NCBI GenBank assembly: GCA_013694995.1
Contig: JACDBH010000004.1
Location: forward strand, 256,995 to 320,994
Direction of reading: 5' to 3'
DNA: 64,000 bases
From: Candidatus Saccharimonadota bacterium
GTDB taxonomy: Bacteria; Patescibacteriota; Saccharimonadia; Saccharimonadales; JACDBH01
In this document: positions 30,899-41,419 of the stretch, piece after piece
How the letters are laid out: each line of letters opens with the position of its first letter
Position numbering within the stretch: position 1 is the stretch's first letter
The notes under the pieces: model-generated
What the model was told of the DNA's origin: nothing
The model's database searches: none
What the model saw: the letters and a program-made list of their open reading frames with translations, nothing else
Translations under genes and position numbers: made by a program

Positions 30899-31060
30899 CT
30901 AAGCAGCCTTAAAACGGTCTTTAAGATCTAGAAACTTAGCATACCCTTCCAGTGCTAGTGCTCCTGCAACCGCCGCGACAGCCACTGGTATATTGATTAA
31001 TTCACCCATGAGCTTACCAGACTCTTCGTTATGAAGCCTTGGTCCTATTAGTTCAGACAT
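30899..31060 (-). CDS. Small 53-aa protein with a hydrophobic helix (not in the ORF track)
   Basis: MSELIGPRLHNEESGKLMGELINIPVAVAAVAGALALEGYAKFLDLKDRFKAA; TATACT box at 31077-31082 on the minus strand. Confidence 0.5.
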   Translation of the reverse strand: MSELIGPRLHNEESGKLMGELINIPVAVAAVAGALALEGYAKFLDLKDRFKAA

Positions 31061-31250
31061 TTTTATCTTTCTCGCTAGTATAGCGTTTATGCTTTTAACT
31101 TACTCTTTAATGTTGTTGTTGTAAATATCTTTATTTATAACTAGATTTGTTGTAAAATAACAGAGTAAATTAACGGTGATGATTAAAAGTCATTGCACAA
31201 GCTCTATATAGCAGTGCAAGGATGTTACATCACAAATAAGGACAAATATT

Positions 31251-31589
31251 ATGGCAGAAGCGAAAAAAACTGAAGCGCCTGCACCAAAGCAACGTATTCG
31301 TATCCGCTTGAAGGCGTATGATCATAAAGTAATTGACCAGTCCGCAAAACAGATTGTTGATACGGCATTGCGAACGGGAGCAACCATTGCCGGCCCGATT
31401 CCGCTGCCGACACGCAAAAGTACATTTACAGTAGTCAAAAGCCCCCACGTCTTCAAGAAAGGCCGAGAACAGTTCGAAATGCGTGTCCATAAACGTCTGA
31501 TTGATGTATTTGAGCCTACCCCTAAGACAATTGATTCTTTAATGAATCTTTCTCTTCCTGCTGGCTGCGACGCTGAAATTAAGATGTAA
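31251..31589 (+). CDS. rpsJ: 30S ribosomal protein S10
   Basis: [25 protein letters not shown]. Confidence 0.98.
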   Translation: MAEAKKTEAPAPKQRIRIRLKAYDHKVIDQSAKQIVDTALRTGATIAGPIPLPTRKSTFTVVKSPHVFKKGREQFEMRVHKRLIDVFEPTPKTIDSLMNLSLPAGCDAEIKM

Positions 31590-31712
31590 CTTTAGGCAAA
31601 CCGTCTTAAGAGTTCTTAACTTTTAAGGCAAAGTTAAGTGATTATCTGACCAAAACTAATATTGTACTAAATATTACTGTAAATACTTATGTTTTAGAGT
31701 AAGTTGTGCCTT

Positions 31713-32003
31713 ATGACTATGCTTCAGTCTTTGGATTCAATTGAGCAACATTATGATAATTTGATTGAGATTATTTCAAAAAAGTGCAGAACTTGCCCTT
31801 ACGCTGTTGCGCTAGCGGAAATACTTATAGTCAATGTTGAACAAGGTGAGATGTCTATCGACCAGGCAGACAGGGAATTTGCTCTGCAACTTGGTAGTAA
31901 ATGTATGGAAGATGGGCTGGTTGAATTATATGATTCGTATTATTGTCCCGCAAAAGATGCGTCTGTACAGAGCCCTGAGTATCTAGCTGTAACTGGTACT
32001 TAA
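31713..32003 (+). CDS. Hypothetical 4-Cys protein
   Basis: About 96-aa ORF, CRTC...C-x13-C; start uncertain. Confidence 0.55.
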   Translation: MTMLQSLDSIEQHYDNLIEIISKKCRTCPYAVALAEILIVNVEQGEMSIDQADREFALQLGSKCMEDGLVELYDSYYCPAKDASVQSPEYLAVTGT

Positions 32004-32206
32004 GTCTTCTTTTTCTTGGCCCATCTTCTAAGTAGTTCAAAACCGCCAGCTTGTGCGGCATTAAATGCAGCGTAGGATGAAATCAGTACGTTCGGACCAG
32101 GTATTGCTAGAGCAATTGCTCCTGCTCCTAAGGCTATGACTGTATTGAAATCGCGCCCGAAACGGGCTGCTCGCTCTCCAAACTTAGACTCGATATTGCT
32201 AGCCAT
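32000..32206 (-). CDS. Small hydrophobic protein (68 aa) with basic tail
   Basis: MASNIESK...IALGAGAIALAIP...RRWAKKKKT. Confidence 0.55.
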   Translation of the reverse strand: MASNIESKFGERAARFGRDFNTVIALGAGAIALAIPGPNVLISSYAAFNAAQAGGFELLRRWAKKKKT

Positions 32207-32271
32207 TGCATATGAATATATAAAAAAGCATAACAACAAGCTGTAAAGTATATTACGACTGTGCTTTAATA

Positions 32272-32529
32272 ATGATTATGGTAAAAAATAAAGAACCGGA
32301 CAGCGTTTATTTCTTAAAATTGGTGCTTTATCTTATTATTGGTGCTCAGTGGCTTCGTATAACTAAGAGTGGTTTGCAAATCCCAATCCCTATAGGTCTA
32401 ATCATCGGCATACTATTTGCTAGAACCGATCATTTTCAAATTGACCGCAAAGTTGAGTATGCAATTCTACTTGTTGCTATGTTTGTTGGTTTTTGGCTTC
32501 CACTAGGTCTCGAAATCGTAATTCGTTAA
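32272..32529 (+). CDS. Small membrane protein (3 TM)
   Basis: Three hydrophobic segments; DHFQIDRKVEYA loop. Confidence 0.7.
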   Translation: MIMVKNKEPDSVYFLKLVLYLIIGAQWLRITKSGLQIPIPIGLIIGILFARTDHFQIDRKVEYAILLVAMFVGFWLPLGLEIVIR

Positions 32530-32699
32530 TTTGTAGAATTTACATCGTATTGACTAGTGTTAATGTTTTGTGCTAATCTGTTATGGTATATCAACAATTT
32601 GGACACTTTAGAACTTGGTGAATAAGCAGGTCTACAGAGGTAGAAACCACTTGCCACCAAGCTTTTTAACGCATTGTGCCAAGTAATATTAAGGAAACT

Positions 32700-33314
32700 A
32701 TGAAAGCACTCATTACCAGAAAGGTTGGCATGACAAGTCTCGTCGCTGAAGACGGTATTGTTACCGCTGTTACCTTGCTTTCAGCTAGTCCTAACGTTAT
32801 TACCCAAGTAAAGACAACTGACACAGATGGCTATCAAGCTGTTCAACTTGGTTTCGAGACTGCTAAACATCCTGCTAAGCCACAGGTTGGCCACACAGCT
32901 AAGGCTAAAGTGAATCCAGCTAAAATCGTCCGCGAAATTCGCGTAGATGAAATTAGCGAAGATATGAGCGTCGGCACTGAACTTAAAGCCGACGTTTTTA
33001 GTGTCGGTGATGCAGTTAGCGTTACTGGTATTAGCAAAGGTAAAGGTTTTGCAGGCACTATTAAGCGTCACAACTTCAAGCTTGGCCGTAAAACCCATGG
33101 TGGCCGCTCTTACCGTCGTCCCGGATCAATTGGTTCCATGTACCCGCAGCGTATCTTTAAGGGTAAACGTATGGCCGGACAGATGGGCGTTGATCAAGTC
33201 ACTGTAAAGAATCTTAAAGTAGCTCTAGTCGATGTAGATAACAACCTTATAGCGGTAACCGGTGCAGTCCCCGGCCCACGTAAAAGCATCGTCGTACTAA
33301 AGGGAGCCAAATAA
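32700..33314 (+). CDS. rplC: 50S ribosomal protein L3
   Basis: KVGMT, SKGKGFAG, GSIG; ATG 32700 after AAGGA. Confidence 0.97.
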   Translation: MKALITRKVGMTSLVAEDGIVTAVTLLSASPNVITQVKTTDTDGYQAVQLGFETAKHPAKPQVGHTAKAKVNPAKIVREIRVDEISEDMSVGTELKADVFSVGDAVSVTGISKGKGFAGTIKRHNFKLGRKTHGGRSYRRPGSIGSMYPQRIFKGKRMAGQMGVDQVTVKNLKVALVDVDNNLIAVTGAVPGPRKSIVVLKGAK

Positions 33315-33315
33315 T

Positions 33316-33963
33316 ATGAGCGTTCCTACTTATACCAAGACCGGCACTAAGGCTACAACTGCAGCTAAATTGCCAAAAGAAATATTTGCTGTTGAGAAAA
33401 TTAGCCATGAACTTCTGAAACAGGCCTACAACACCTATCTTGCCAATAAACGGACTAACAATGCCCGTACTCTAAAGCGCGGCGAGGTCCGTGGTGGCGG
33501 TAAGAAACCTTGGAAACAAAAAGGTACAGGACGTGCTCGCTTTGGCTCAATTCGCGTACCAATTTGGCGTGGTGGCGGTATAACGTTTGGCCCGACCGGC
33601 CTCGAAAATTACAGACATGCTTTACCAACCAGCACTAAGCGGAGCGCACTCAGGCAAGCCCTAACAGTTGCAACCCAATCTAACAAGATTACAATAATCG
33701 AATCATTTGATAACAAGGCCGGCAAAGTTGCTGAAACGGTCGCGCTGCTTAATAAAATTGAGGCTGTCCGCAACATCTTACTAGTAGTTAATGACAAGGA
33801 CGACATGGTTACCCGTGCTACCCGTAATATATCAAATCTCACAGTAGTTCAAGCCAAATACCTCAATGTATTCGATATACTGAATGCCGACACGATCGTA
33901 CTTACTACTCAGTCGGTTGAAATCATTAGCGACTGGCTCGGCCCTAAAAAGGCGGTTAAATAA
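33316..33963 (+). CDS. rplD: 50S ribosomal protein L4
   Basis: KPWKQKGTGRAR, WRGGG. Confidence 0.97.
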   Translation: MSVPTYTKTGTKATTAAKLPKEIFAVEKISHELLKQAYNTYLANKRTNNARTLKRGEVRGGGKKPWKQKGTGRARFGSIRVPIWRGGGITFGPTGLENYRHALPTSTKRSALRQALTVATQSNKITIIESFDNKAGKVAETVALLNKIEAVRNILLVVNDKDDMVTRATRNISNLTVVQAKYLNVFDILNADTIVLTTQSVEIISDWLGPKKAVK

Positions 33964-34325
33964 TGAAAGACTTTGTGCTCAAACCTCGGGTTAGCGAAAA
34001 AGCCTATGCCATGAGCCAAGCTGAAAATATCAAGACTTATGTATTTGTTGTTTCTACTTCGGCCAATAAGCATAGCGTTGCTCGTGCAATTACTGCACAG
34101 TACGGTGTGGTTGTTACCAATGTAAGGACTACAACTACCAAGGGTAAGACCAAGCAATCATATCGTAAAGGTGGTCGTCCGGTAGCGGGTGTACGTTCTG
34201 ATATTAAGAAGGCGTACGTTACGCTACGGGCCGGTGAAAGCTTGCCGCTGTTTGTCGAGGAAGCCGCTGAAGAAGAAAAACAGGCGAAGGAAGCTAAGAA
34301 AGCTTTGAAAAAGGAACCTAAATAA
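33963..34325 (+). CDS. rplW: 50S ribosomal protein L23
   Basis: PRVSEKA, KKAYVTL; operon position. Confidence 0.95.
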   Translation: MKDFVLKPRVSEKAYAMSQAENIKTYVFVVSTSANKHSVARAITAQYGVVVTNVRTTTTKGKTKQSYRKGGRPVAGVRSDIKKAYVTLRAGESLPLFVEEAAEEEKQAKEAKKALKKEPK

Positions 34326-35179
34326 TGGCTATTAGAGCTTATAAACCAAACACACCAGGTCAGCGTGGTATGACCACTCAAGACTTTGATGGTATAACTG
34401 CTAAAAAGCCGCTCAAGAGCCTAACGGTTATTCGAAAGCAAAATTCCGGCCGTAACAACCAGGGCCGTATAACTACCCGTCACCGTGGTGGTGGAGCCCG
34501 CCGTTTTATTCGGCTTCTTAATTTCAATTTGGCACCAGGATTGGAAGCAACAATCGAGCACATCGAATACGACCCAGGACGATCAGCCCGCATTGCACGT
34601 ATTAAAGAATCGAATGGAACTTATCACTACATTTTAGCTGGCACGGATATGGTCCCAGGCCGGATTATAAGAAGTGGTGAAGACGCACCTGTTGAAAATG
34701 GCAACCGTCTACCGCTGGCAAACATTCCTGTCGGAAGCACTATTTACGGTGTTGAGTTACAGCCCGGTCGTGGTGCTCAGGTTGTTCGCTCAGCTGGTAC
34801 GTCCGCTCAGCTTATGGCCAAAGAGGATGAATACGCTCAGATTCGCATGCCATCAGGCGAAGTTCGTAAAGTACTTGTTACTTGTATGGCAACACTTGGT
34901 AGTGTTGGTAACGAGCAGCACCAAAACGTCAAAATTGGTAAGGCTGGTCGCAACCGCAATAAGGGTTGGCGTCCAAGTGTCCGCGGAGTTGTCATGAACG
35001 CCGTAGACCACCCACACGGTGGTGGTGACGGGGGACGGCATGGTGTTGGTGGTGGTAAAAACCACGGTGCGGCGCCTCGTACGCCATGGGGTGTTAAGAC
35101 GCTTGGATACAAGACCCGCCGCCGCAAGTCTACAAGTAAATTTATAGTTAAATCTCGTCATCAGGCGAAGAGGAAATAG
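34325..35179 (+). CDS. rplB: 50S ribosomal protein L2
   Basis: [28 protein letters not shown]. Confidence 0.98.
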   Translation: MAIRAYKPNTPGQRGMTTQDFDGITAKKPLKSLTVIRKQNSGRNNQGRITTRHRGGGARRFIRLLNFNLAPGLEATIEHIEYDPGRSARIARIKESNGTYHYILAGTDMVPGRIIRSGEDAPVENGNRLPLANIPVGSTIYGVELQPGRGAQVVRSAGTSAQLMAKEDEYAQIRMPSGEVRKVLVTCMATLGSVGNEQHQNVKIGKAGRNRNKGWRPSVRGVVMNAVDHPHGGGDGGRHGVGGGKNHGAAPRTPWGVKTLGYKTRRRKSTSKFIVKSRHQAKRK

Positions 35180-35181
35180 AC

Positions 35182-35451
35182 ATGAGTAGATCACTTAAAA
35201 AAGGTCCCTTTATCGATCCAAAACTTGCAAAGAAAGTAGCAGCACTTGGCAATGACGATCGTACAATTATCAAAACCTGGGCCCGAGCTAGTGCTATTCC
35301 ACCTGAGTTTGTCGGCCGCACCTTTGCTGTTCATAATGGCCGCGTTCATGTGCCTGTTTATGTCACCGAAAACATGGTCGGTCATAAACTGGGTGAGTTT
35401 TCTCCAACCCGTAAGTTCCGCTCCCATGGCGGTAAGTTGGCGAAAGGTTAA
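35182..35451 (+). CDS. rpsS: 30S ribosomal protein S19
   Basis: [15 protein letters not shown]. Confidence 0.98.
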   Translation: MSRSLKKGPFIDPKLAKKVAALGNDDRTIIKTWARASAIPPEFVGRTFAVHNGRVHVPVYVTENMVGHKLGEFSPTRKFRSHGGKLAKG

Positions 35452-35454
35452 ACT

Positions 35455-35844
35455 ATGAGTGTACAAGCAATAGCTAAAGCTGTCCGTATGAGCCCACGCA
35501 AAGTTAGTGTCGTAGCCAGTCTAGTGCGCGGCCGTACCGTTGCTGATGCGCTAATTATTCTCGAACATGCACCTCGTGCTGCTGCCTTGCCCGTCACCAA
35601 AGTTATCAAAAGTGCCCGTGCCAACGCAGAGAACAATCATAATTACCGCCCCGATAGTTTACTAATTACAGAAATCAGTGTAACACCCGGTATCCGCTAC
35701 AAGCGTTTCCGCCCGGTCTCGCGCGGCATGGCCCATCCATACCAAAAACGCACAAGCCATATTAAAGTCGTAGTTGACGGCGAAAAGCGCGCACCAAAAA
35801 AGGTAAAAGCCGAGAGTGTTAAGCCGAAAGCCGAGGAGAAATAA
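35455..35844 (+). CDS. rplV: 50S ribosomal protein L22
   Basis: SPRKV, SARANAENN, KRTSHI. Confidence 0.97.
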   Translation: MSVQAIAKAVRMSPRKVSVVASLVRGRTVADALIILEHAPRAAALPVTKVIKSARANAENNHNYRPDSLLITEISVTPGIRYKRFRPVSRGMAHPYQKRTSHIKVVVDGEKRAPKKVKAESVKPKAEEK

Positions 35845-35845
35845 T

Positions 35846-36475
35846 ATGGGACAAAAAGTTAATCCAATCAGTATGCGTTTGCAAGTTAACAAGGACTGGC
35901 GCAGTAAATGGTTTGCTAGCAAGCGCGACTACGTTAGTTTTTTGACTCAGGACCTTGAGGTCCGCCGCATGATTCAAAAAAAGCTTGGTTCACGGGCCGC
36001 AATAAATAAAGTTGACATCGAACGATCTCCGAACCTTGTTAGTGTAACGGTTGTAACTGCCAAGGCTGGTGTTGTTATCGGACGTGGGGGATCTGGAGCC
36101 CAGGAGCTTAAGTCTGCCATAGAGCGTATTTATAAGATTCCGGTACGTGTGAATATTGAGGAAATTAAAAAGGCCGAACTTTACGCTAAACTTGTAGCCG
36201 AAAATATTGCGCATCAACTAGAACGACGTATTGCTTTTCGCCGCGCGATCAAATCATCATCTGCTGCCACAATGCGCGCTGGCGCCAAAGGCATACGTAT
36301 TGAAGCAGCTGGACGATTAAACGGTGCTGAAATGTCTAGGCGTGAGAAGTCCGTTGAAGGTTCTGTACCGCTACATACCCTACGTGCCGACATTGACTAT
36401 GCTCAAGTCGATGCCCATACCTCCTCCGGCATTATCGGCATAAAAGTCTGGATCTATAAAGGAGAGGTAGTCTAG
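35846..36475 (+). CDS. rpsC: 30S ribosomal protein S3
   Basis: [25 protein letters not shown]. Confidence 0.98.
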   Translation: MGQKVNPISMRLQVNKDWRSKWFASKRDYVSFLTQDLEVRRMIQKKLGSRAAINKVDIERSPNLVSVTVVTAKAGVVIGRGGSGAQELKSAIERIYKIPVRVNIEEIKKAELYAKLVAENIAHQLERRIAFRRAIKSSSAATMRAGAKGIRIEAAGRLNGAEMSRREKSVEGSVPLHTLRADIDYAQVDAHTSSGIIGIKVWIYKGEVV

Positions 36476-36476
36476 C

Positions 36477-36890
36477 ATGTTAATGCCTAAACGCACTAAG
36501 TACCGTAAGGTACGGAAAGGCAAAATTCGGGGACCTGCCACACGGGGTAACACAATCGCCCACGGTTCCTATGCTTTACAGTCATTAAATAACGAACGCA
36601 TTACATCACGCCAGATAGAAGCTGCACGTCAGGCCATGACCCGCTATGTAAAACGTGGTGGCCAGATTTGGATTCGCATATTCCCACACACTCCTGTTAC
36701 TAAAAAACCACAAGACGTAAAAATGGGTAGCGGCAAGGGTAGCCCGGAATATTTTGCGGCCAAAGTCCACATGGGGACGGTTTTATTTGAAATGGACGGC
36801 GTAAGCGAAGAGGTCGCCCGTGAAGCCATGCGCCTGGCTGGTCATAAGCTGCCCGTGAAAACCAAATTCCTGGTGAAAGAGGGTAGATAG
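36477..36890 (+). CDS. rplP: 50S ribosomal protein L16
   Basis: [20 protein letters not shown]. Confidence 0.98.
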   Translation: MLMPKRTKYRKVRKGKIRGPATRGNTIAHGSYALQSLNNERITSRQIEAARQAMTRYVKRGGQIWIRIFPHTPVTKKPQDVKMGSGKGSPEYFAAKVHMGTVLFEMDGVSEEVAREAMRLAGHKLPVKTKFLVKEGR

Positions 36891-36892
36891 TA

Positions 36893-37093
36893 ATGAAAAT
36901 AGCTGATATCCGCAAACAGTCAACTAACGAACTTGCTACTAGTGCTACAAGTATGCGCGAGGAAATCGCCGAGTTAAAGCGCAGGATGCATGTTGGTGAA
37001 GTCCAGAATGTGAAGATATTACGTGAGAAGCGCAAGGATTTGGCGCGCATGCTAACAGTATTGAGCGAGCAACTTGCTAAGGAGGCAGTGTAA
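36893..37093 (+). CDS. rpmC: 50S ribosomal protein L29
   Basis: Size, position, RKDLARMLT. Confidence 0.93.
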   Translation: MKIADIRKQSTNELATSATSMREEIAELKRRMHVGEVQNVKILREKRKDLARMLTVLSEQLAKEAV

Positions 37094-37431
37094 TGGCACG
37101 AACACTAATAGGTACAGTTATGAGCGACAAAGTAGACAAAACAATTGTCATTGCTGTTCACACCCGAAAGACCCACCCGATTTATAAAAAAAAGTATTCT
37201 GTGACCACTAGATTTATGGCGCACGACGAAAAGAACGAGGCAAATGTTGGTGACAAAGTTCAGATAATTGAATGCCGACCGTTGAGTCGACGCAAGCGTT
37301 TCACGCTTGAGCGTGTTATAGAAAATGCCCGTATAACCCATGTCGAACCTGAGGCGTCCGCTACTGAAGAAGAACCCGCTTCCGAAGAAACTAAGCCGAA
37401 ACATACTGCAAGCAAAAAGGAATCGAAGTAA
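37093..37431 (+). CDS. rpsQ: 30S ribosomal protein S17
   Basis: SDKVDKT, HPIY, AHDE, RPLS. Confidence 0.97.
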   Translation: MARTLIGTVMSDKVDKTIVIAVHTRKTHPIYKKKYSVTTRFMAHDEKNEANVGDKVQIIECRPLSRRKRFTLERVIENARITHVEPEASATEEEPASEETKPKHTASKKESK

Positions 37432-37799
37432 TGATACAGCAGGAATCACGGCTTATAGTCGCAGATAACTCTGGTGCAAAAGAAATTCTTTGCATACGAG
37501 TCTTGGGTGGCACACGCCGTCGTTATGCCGGTATTGGTGATGTTATTGTTGCAACCGTCAAGCAAGCAAACCCAAGTGGTAATGTTAAAAAGAAGTCGGT
37601 TGTTAAGGCCGTCGTCATTAGAACCCGCAATGCAATCCGCCGCCCTGATGGCTCTAGTATTCGTTTTGATGACAACGCAGCAGTAATTATTGGTGATGAT
37701 AAGCTTCCTAAAGGCACACGTATATTCGGTCCTGTCCCGCGCGAATTACGCGACCAGGGGTATGCAAAAATTATTAGCCTTGCTCCGGAGGTGCTCTAA
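37431..37799 (+). CDS. rplN: 50S ribosomal protein L14
   Basis: ADNSGAK, FDDNA, SLAPEVL. Confidence 0.98.
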   Translation: MIQQESRLIVADNSGAKEILCIRVLGGTRRRYAGIGDVIVATVKQANPSGNVKKKSVVKAVVIRTRNAIRRPDGSSIRFDDNAAVIIGDDKLPKGTRIFGPVPRELRDQGYAKIISLAPEVL

Positions 37800-37801
37800 A
37801 T

Positions 37802-38134
37802 ATGAATAAGCAAGTCTTTAAAATTAAGCTCAAAAAGGGTGACACTGTTGTGGTACGCACAGGAAAATACAAGGGCAAAACCGGTAAAGTCGTGATGACA
37901 CACCCAACTGATAATAAGGTAACAGTCGAGGGCATTAATATCGTCAAGCGTCATATTAAGCCTAACCGTCAACACCCTCAAGGTGACATTATTGAACTTA
38001 CTAAACCGATTTTCATAAGTAAAGTTGCTATTCAGGATCCTACCAGCAAAAAAGCCAGCAAGATAAGCATGAAAATTGACTCTAAGGGCATCAAATCTCG
38101 TTCTTATAAGAATTCTGGCAAGGAGATAAAGTAA
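37802..38134 (+). CDS. rplX: 50S ribosomal protein L24
   Basis: KKGDTV..TGKYKGKTG KOW motif, VEGIN. Confidence 0.96.
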   Translation: MNKQVFKIKLKKGDTVVVRTGKYKGKTGKVVMTHPTDNKVTVEGINIVKRHIKPNRQHPQGDIIELTKPIFISKVAIQDPTSKKASKISMKIDSKGIKSRSYKNSGKEIK

Positions 38135-38718
38135 TGGCAACTAAAACCGCAAACAAACCAGTTATAATTGGTGCTCGCTTAAAGCATCTTTATAACTACG
38201 AATACGCGGTAGATTTAATGAAAGAATTAAAGCTTCGGAACAAACATGAAGTTCCGCGTCTACAGAAGATCACTGTAAATATCGGCTTGGGACGAGCCAA
38301 GGATGATAAAAAACTAATTGAGATTGCGTCAAATACCTTAAAAAAGATTACCGGCCAGCAACCAGTAGAAACTCTTGCTAAGCAGTCTATTGCTAGTTTC
38401 AAACTGCGTGAAGGCAATAAAATCGGTCTCAAAGTTACTCTAAGGGGAGACCGAATGTACGAGTTTCTTGATCGTTTGGTTAATATCGTACTACCACGCC
38501 TAAGGGACTTCCATGGTGTCAAAGTTTCGGCTTTCGATCGTCAGGGAAACTACTCGTTGGGCCTTACTGAACAGTCGGTCTTTCCTGAATTAACATTTGA
38601 AGAAACCACGACGCCACACGGATTACAAGTTGTCATGACTATTAGGGCTAATGAACAAGCTCATTCCAGGGCTTTACTTACTAAATTCGGCATGCCGTTC
38701 GAAAAGGAGATTAAGTAA
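38134..38718 (+). CDS. rplE: 50S ribosomal protein L5
   Basis: ITGQQP, FKLREG, LPRLRDF. Confidence 0.98.
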   Translation: MATKTANKPVIIGARLKHLYNYEYAVDLMKELKLRNKHEVPRLQKITVNIGLGRAKDDKKLIEIASNTLKKITGQQPVETLAKQSIASFKLREGNKIGLKVTLRGDRMYEFLDRLVNIVLPRLRDFHGVKVSAFDRQGNYSLGLTEQSVFPELTFEETTTPHGLQVVMTIRANEQAHSRALLTKFGMPFEKEIK

Positions 38719-38987
38719 TGGCAAAAAAATCAAGTATAGCGCGCGATTTAAAGCGCCATAAAATGCATGCAAAATATGCTGCAAAACGAGCTGAGCTTAA
38801 GGAGCTTGGTGATTTGGAAGGTCTTGCTAAATTGCCACGCAATTCTAGCCCAACACGTCTTAAGAACCGCTGCCTTGAAACGGGACGCGCACGTAGTTAT
38901 ATGCGCCAATTTGGCTTAAGTCGGATGTCTTTCCGAGAACACGCTGTTAAGGGCGAAATACCCGGCGTTACGAAAGCGAGTTGGTAA
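38718..38987 (+). CDS. rpsN: 30S ribosomal protein S14 (Zn-free, 89-aa type)
   Basis: [26 protein letters not shown]; single Cys. Confidence 0.97.
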   Translation: MAKKSSIARDLKRHKMHAKYAAKRAELKELGDLEGLAKLPRNSSPTRLKNRCLETGRARSYMRQFGLSRMSFREHAVKGEIPGVTKASW

Positions 38988-38988
38988 T

Positions 38989-39393
38989 ATGGGAATGGTA
39001 TCAACCGATCCAGTTGCTGATATGCTGACACGAATCAGAAATGCAATCGCCGTACGTAAGCATGAGGTTGTCATGCCGCATTCAAATCTTAAAGAAGCTG
39101 TCGCTAAAATCCTGAAAAACAGTAATTTTATTAATGATTTGGCTGTTGAAGGCAAGGTTGCAGGTTTTAAATCACTGAAGCTTGTACTAAACACCGAGGA
39201 CAGTAATGCCCGTATTACAGAAATTGCCCGCCTGAGTACCCCAGGACGGCGTGTATACACATCAGCAACAGAAATTCCAGTCGTTAAACGCGGCCGCGGA
39301 ATTATTATTGTTTCTACCTCCAAAGGTATGATGACCGGCATGGAAGCCAAGAATCAACACCTAGGCGGTGAATTAATTTGTAAGGTTTACTAA
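38989..39393 (+). CDS. rpsH: 30S ribosomal protein S8
   Basis: DPVADMLTRIRNA, STSKG, GGE. Confidence 0.98.
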   Translation: MGMVSTDPVADMLTRIRNAIAVRKHEVVMPHSNLKEAVAKILKNSNFINDLAVEGKVAGFKSLKLVLNTEDSNARITEIARLSTPGRRVYTSATEIPVVKRGRGIIIVSTSKGMMTGMEAKNQHLGGELICKVY

Positions 39394-39408
39394 TCAAGGA
39401 AATATAAA

Positions 39409-39948
39409 ATGAGTCGTATAGGAAAACTACCAATTCAAATCCCGTCCGGTGTGACAATCACTGTCGACCCACAAACTATTGTCGTAGCCGGTTCTAAGGG
39501 AACTTTGAGTCAAGCTCAGATTGAAGGGATTACGGTAAAAGTTACAGAGGGCGAAGTAACTGTGTCGCGCGTTAGCGATGAACCGAAAATTCGATCTAAA
39601 CATGGCCTAATGCGCACCTTAATCAATAATATGGTAGTTGGTGTTAGTAACGGATTTAGTAAACAATTAGAGTTAAATGGGGTCGGTTATCGTGTGGCAC
39701 TATCGGGTAACGGATTAAAACTTAACATTGGGCTATCCCATGACGTTATTTTTACCCTCCCAGTGGGCATCTCTGCAAATGTCGAGCAAAATATCATTAC
39801 TATTAATGGCTTTGACAAACAGATGGTTGGTCAGGTAGCTGCTGATATCCGTAAACTTAAGAAGCCAGAACCATACAAAGGTAAGGGCATTAAATATGTC
39901 GGTGAGAGAATACTTCGTAAGAGTGGCAAATCAGGAAAAGAGAAATAA
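39409..39948 (+). CDS. rplF: 50S ribosomal protein L6
   Basis: MSRIGK, GVGYR, PEPYKGKGI. Confidence 0.98.
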   Translation: MSRIGKLPIQIPSGVTITVDPQTIVVAGSKGTLSQAQIEGITVKVTEGEVTVSRVSDEPKIRSKHGLMRTLINNMVVGVSNGFSKQLELNGVGYRVALSGNGLKLNIGLSHDVIFTLPVGISANVEQNIITINGFDKQMVGQVAADIRKLKKPEPYKGKGIKYVGERILRKSGKSGKEK

Positions 39949-39950
39949 CT

Positions 39951-40304
39951 ATGAGTATAACTAAGAAATTACATAATTTGCGTTTACGTAAAAACCGGAT
40001 CCGTGCTCGCATAAGTGGCACAGCTACTCGCCCGCGTATGAGTATTAGTGTTAGCAACTTGCATGTTAGCGCACAAATAATAGATGATACTTTACAAAGG
40101 ACACTGGTAAGCGCTACTTCTGTTGGCCAAAAAAGTGCTGGCGAGAATTTAAGCGCTAAGGCTGAATGGGTAGGTGCAGAAATAGCCAAGAAAGCCAAAG
40201 CTAAGAAAATTAAATTGATTGTACTGGATCGTAATGGTCGCCGGTATCATGGTCGAGTAAAAGCATTGGCAGAATCTGCCCGTGCAGGAGGATTGGAGTT
40301 TTAA
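39951..40304 (+). CDS. rplR: 50S ribosomal protein L18
   Basis: GTATRPR, AQIIDD, YHGRVKALA. Confidence 0.97.
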   Translation: MSITKKLHNLRLRKNRIRARISGTATRPRMSISVSNLHVSAQIIDDTLQRTLVSATSVGQKSAGENLSAKAEWVGAEIAKKAKAKKIKLIVLDRNGRRYHGRVKALAESARAGGLEF

Positions 40305-40305
40305 T

Positions 40306-40860
40306 ATGCAACCAGATAATAGAGGTCGCCGCGGCCGTAGAGACCAGGGTGTCCAAGAAGAAAAGCAATATGACGAAAGAGTTATTAACGTTAACCGCGT
40401 AGCTCGTGTCGTTAAAGGTGGCCGTCGCTTCCGTTTTCAAGCACTGGTAGTCGTTGGCGACCGTAAAAACAAAGTTGGCGTAGGTGTTAGTAAAGGCGCT
40501 GACGTGACTGCGGCTGTAACTAAAGCTACAGAAGTAGCCAAGAAACATCTCATTACCGTTAATTTATATAAAGGCACATTGCCACACGATGCCGAAGCCA
40601 AGGTCGGCGGCGCAAAAATTCTTATAAAACCGGCTAGCGCTGGTACCGGTCTTATTGCCGGTGGTGTTGTGCGTACGGTTTTAGAAGTCGCCGGTGTCCA
40701 TAACGTACTTAGTAAATCGCTTGGCTCAACAAATAAAATTAATACCGCCTATGCCACCCTTGCCGCTCTAGAAAGTCTGATTCCTCAAAAACATTGGATT
40801 ACCTACCGTGCTAGACCCGCTAAGAAAGTTGCAACTGCTGAAAAAGAGGTTAAAGCATAA
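40306..40860 (+). CDS. rpsE: 30S ribosomal protein S5
   Basis: VVKGGRRF, GTGLIAGG, KSLGS. Confidence 0.97.
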   Translation: MQPDNRGRRGRRDQGVQEEKQYDERVINVNRVARVVKGGRRFRFQALVVVGDRKNKVGVGVSKGADVTAAVTKATEVAKKHLITVNLYKGTLPHDAEAKVGGAKILIKPASAGTGLIAGGVVRTVLEVAGVHNVLSKSLGSTNKINTAYATLAALESLIPQKHWITYRARPAKKVATAEKEVKA

Positions 40861-41333
40861 TGAAAGCGCATGAACTGATTGTCGCATCTCATCGTCGCAA
40901 AAACCGAGTTGGTCGTGGTATTTCAGCCGGCCAAGGTAAAACTGCCGGTCGCGGTACTAAGGGCCAAGGTTCGCGGGCCGGTTCTAGCCGTAAACCCGGT
41001 TTTGAAGGTGGCCAAAATCCACTGATGCAGCGTTTACCAAAACTCCGCGGCTTCCGCTCACAACACGCTAAAGCAGAGGTCATTTATACTGGTCAACTCG
41101 AAACCATTAAGGGCATAGTCGATAACTTTAGTCTGTTTAATGCAGGCTTAGTTTCAAGTCCCTACACAAAGGTAAAAATAGTTGTTCGTGGCGCTATTAC
41201 TAAAAAATTTATAGTAAAACTCCAAGCTGCCAGTAAGCCGGCGGTAGTAGCAATTAAAAAAGCTGGCGGTAGTTTCGATATAACCTCGCAACTTAAACGC
41301 GTAGCTAAAAAACCTGCGGAAAATAAAACCTAA
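40860..41333 (+). CDS. rplO: 50S ribosomal protein L15
   Basis: RVGRG, GKTAGRG, FEGGQ.PL. Confidence 0.97.
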   Translation: MKAHELIVASHRRKNRVGRGISAGQGKTAGRGTKGQGSRAGSSRKPGFEGGQNPLMQRLPKLRGFRSQHAKAEVIYTGQLETIKGIVDNFSLFNAGLVSSPYTKVKIVVRGAITKKFIVKLQAASKPAVVAIKKAGGSFDITSQLKRVAKKPAENKT

Positions 41334-41419
41334 CTGACTTTGATATTTAGCTACTTAGTTTAGACATTTCAGCTATTTTCCGCTTTAATGTAGAGGAATT
41401 GTATTAGGGGCAGAAATTA

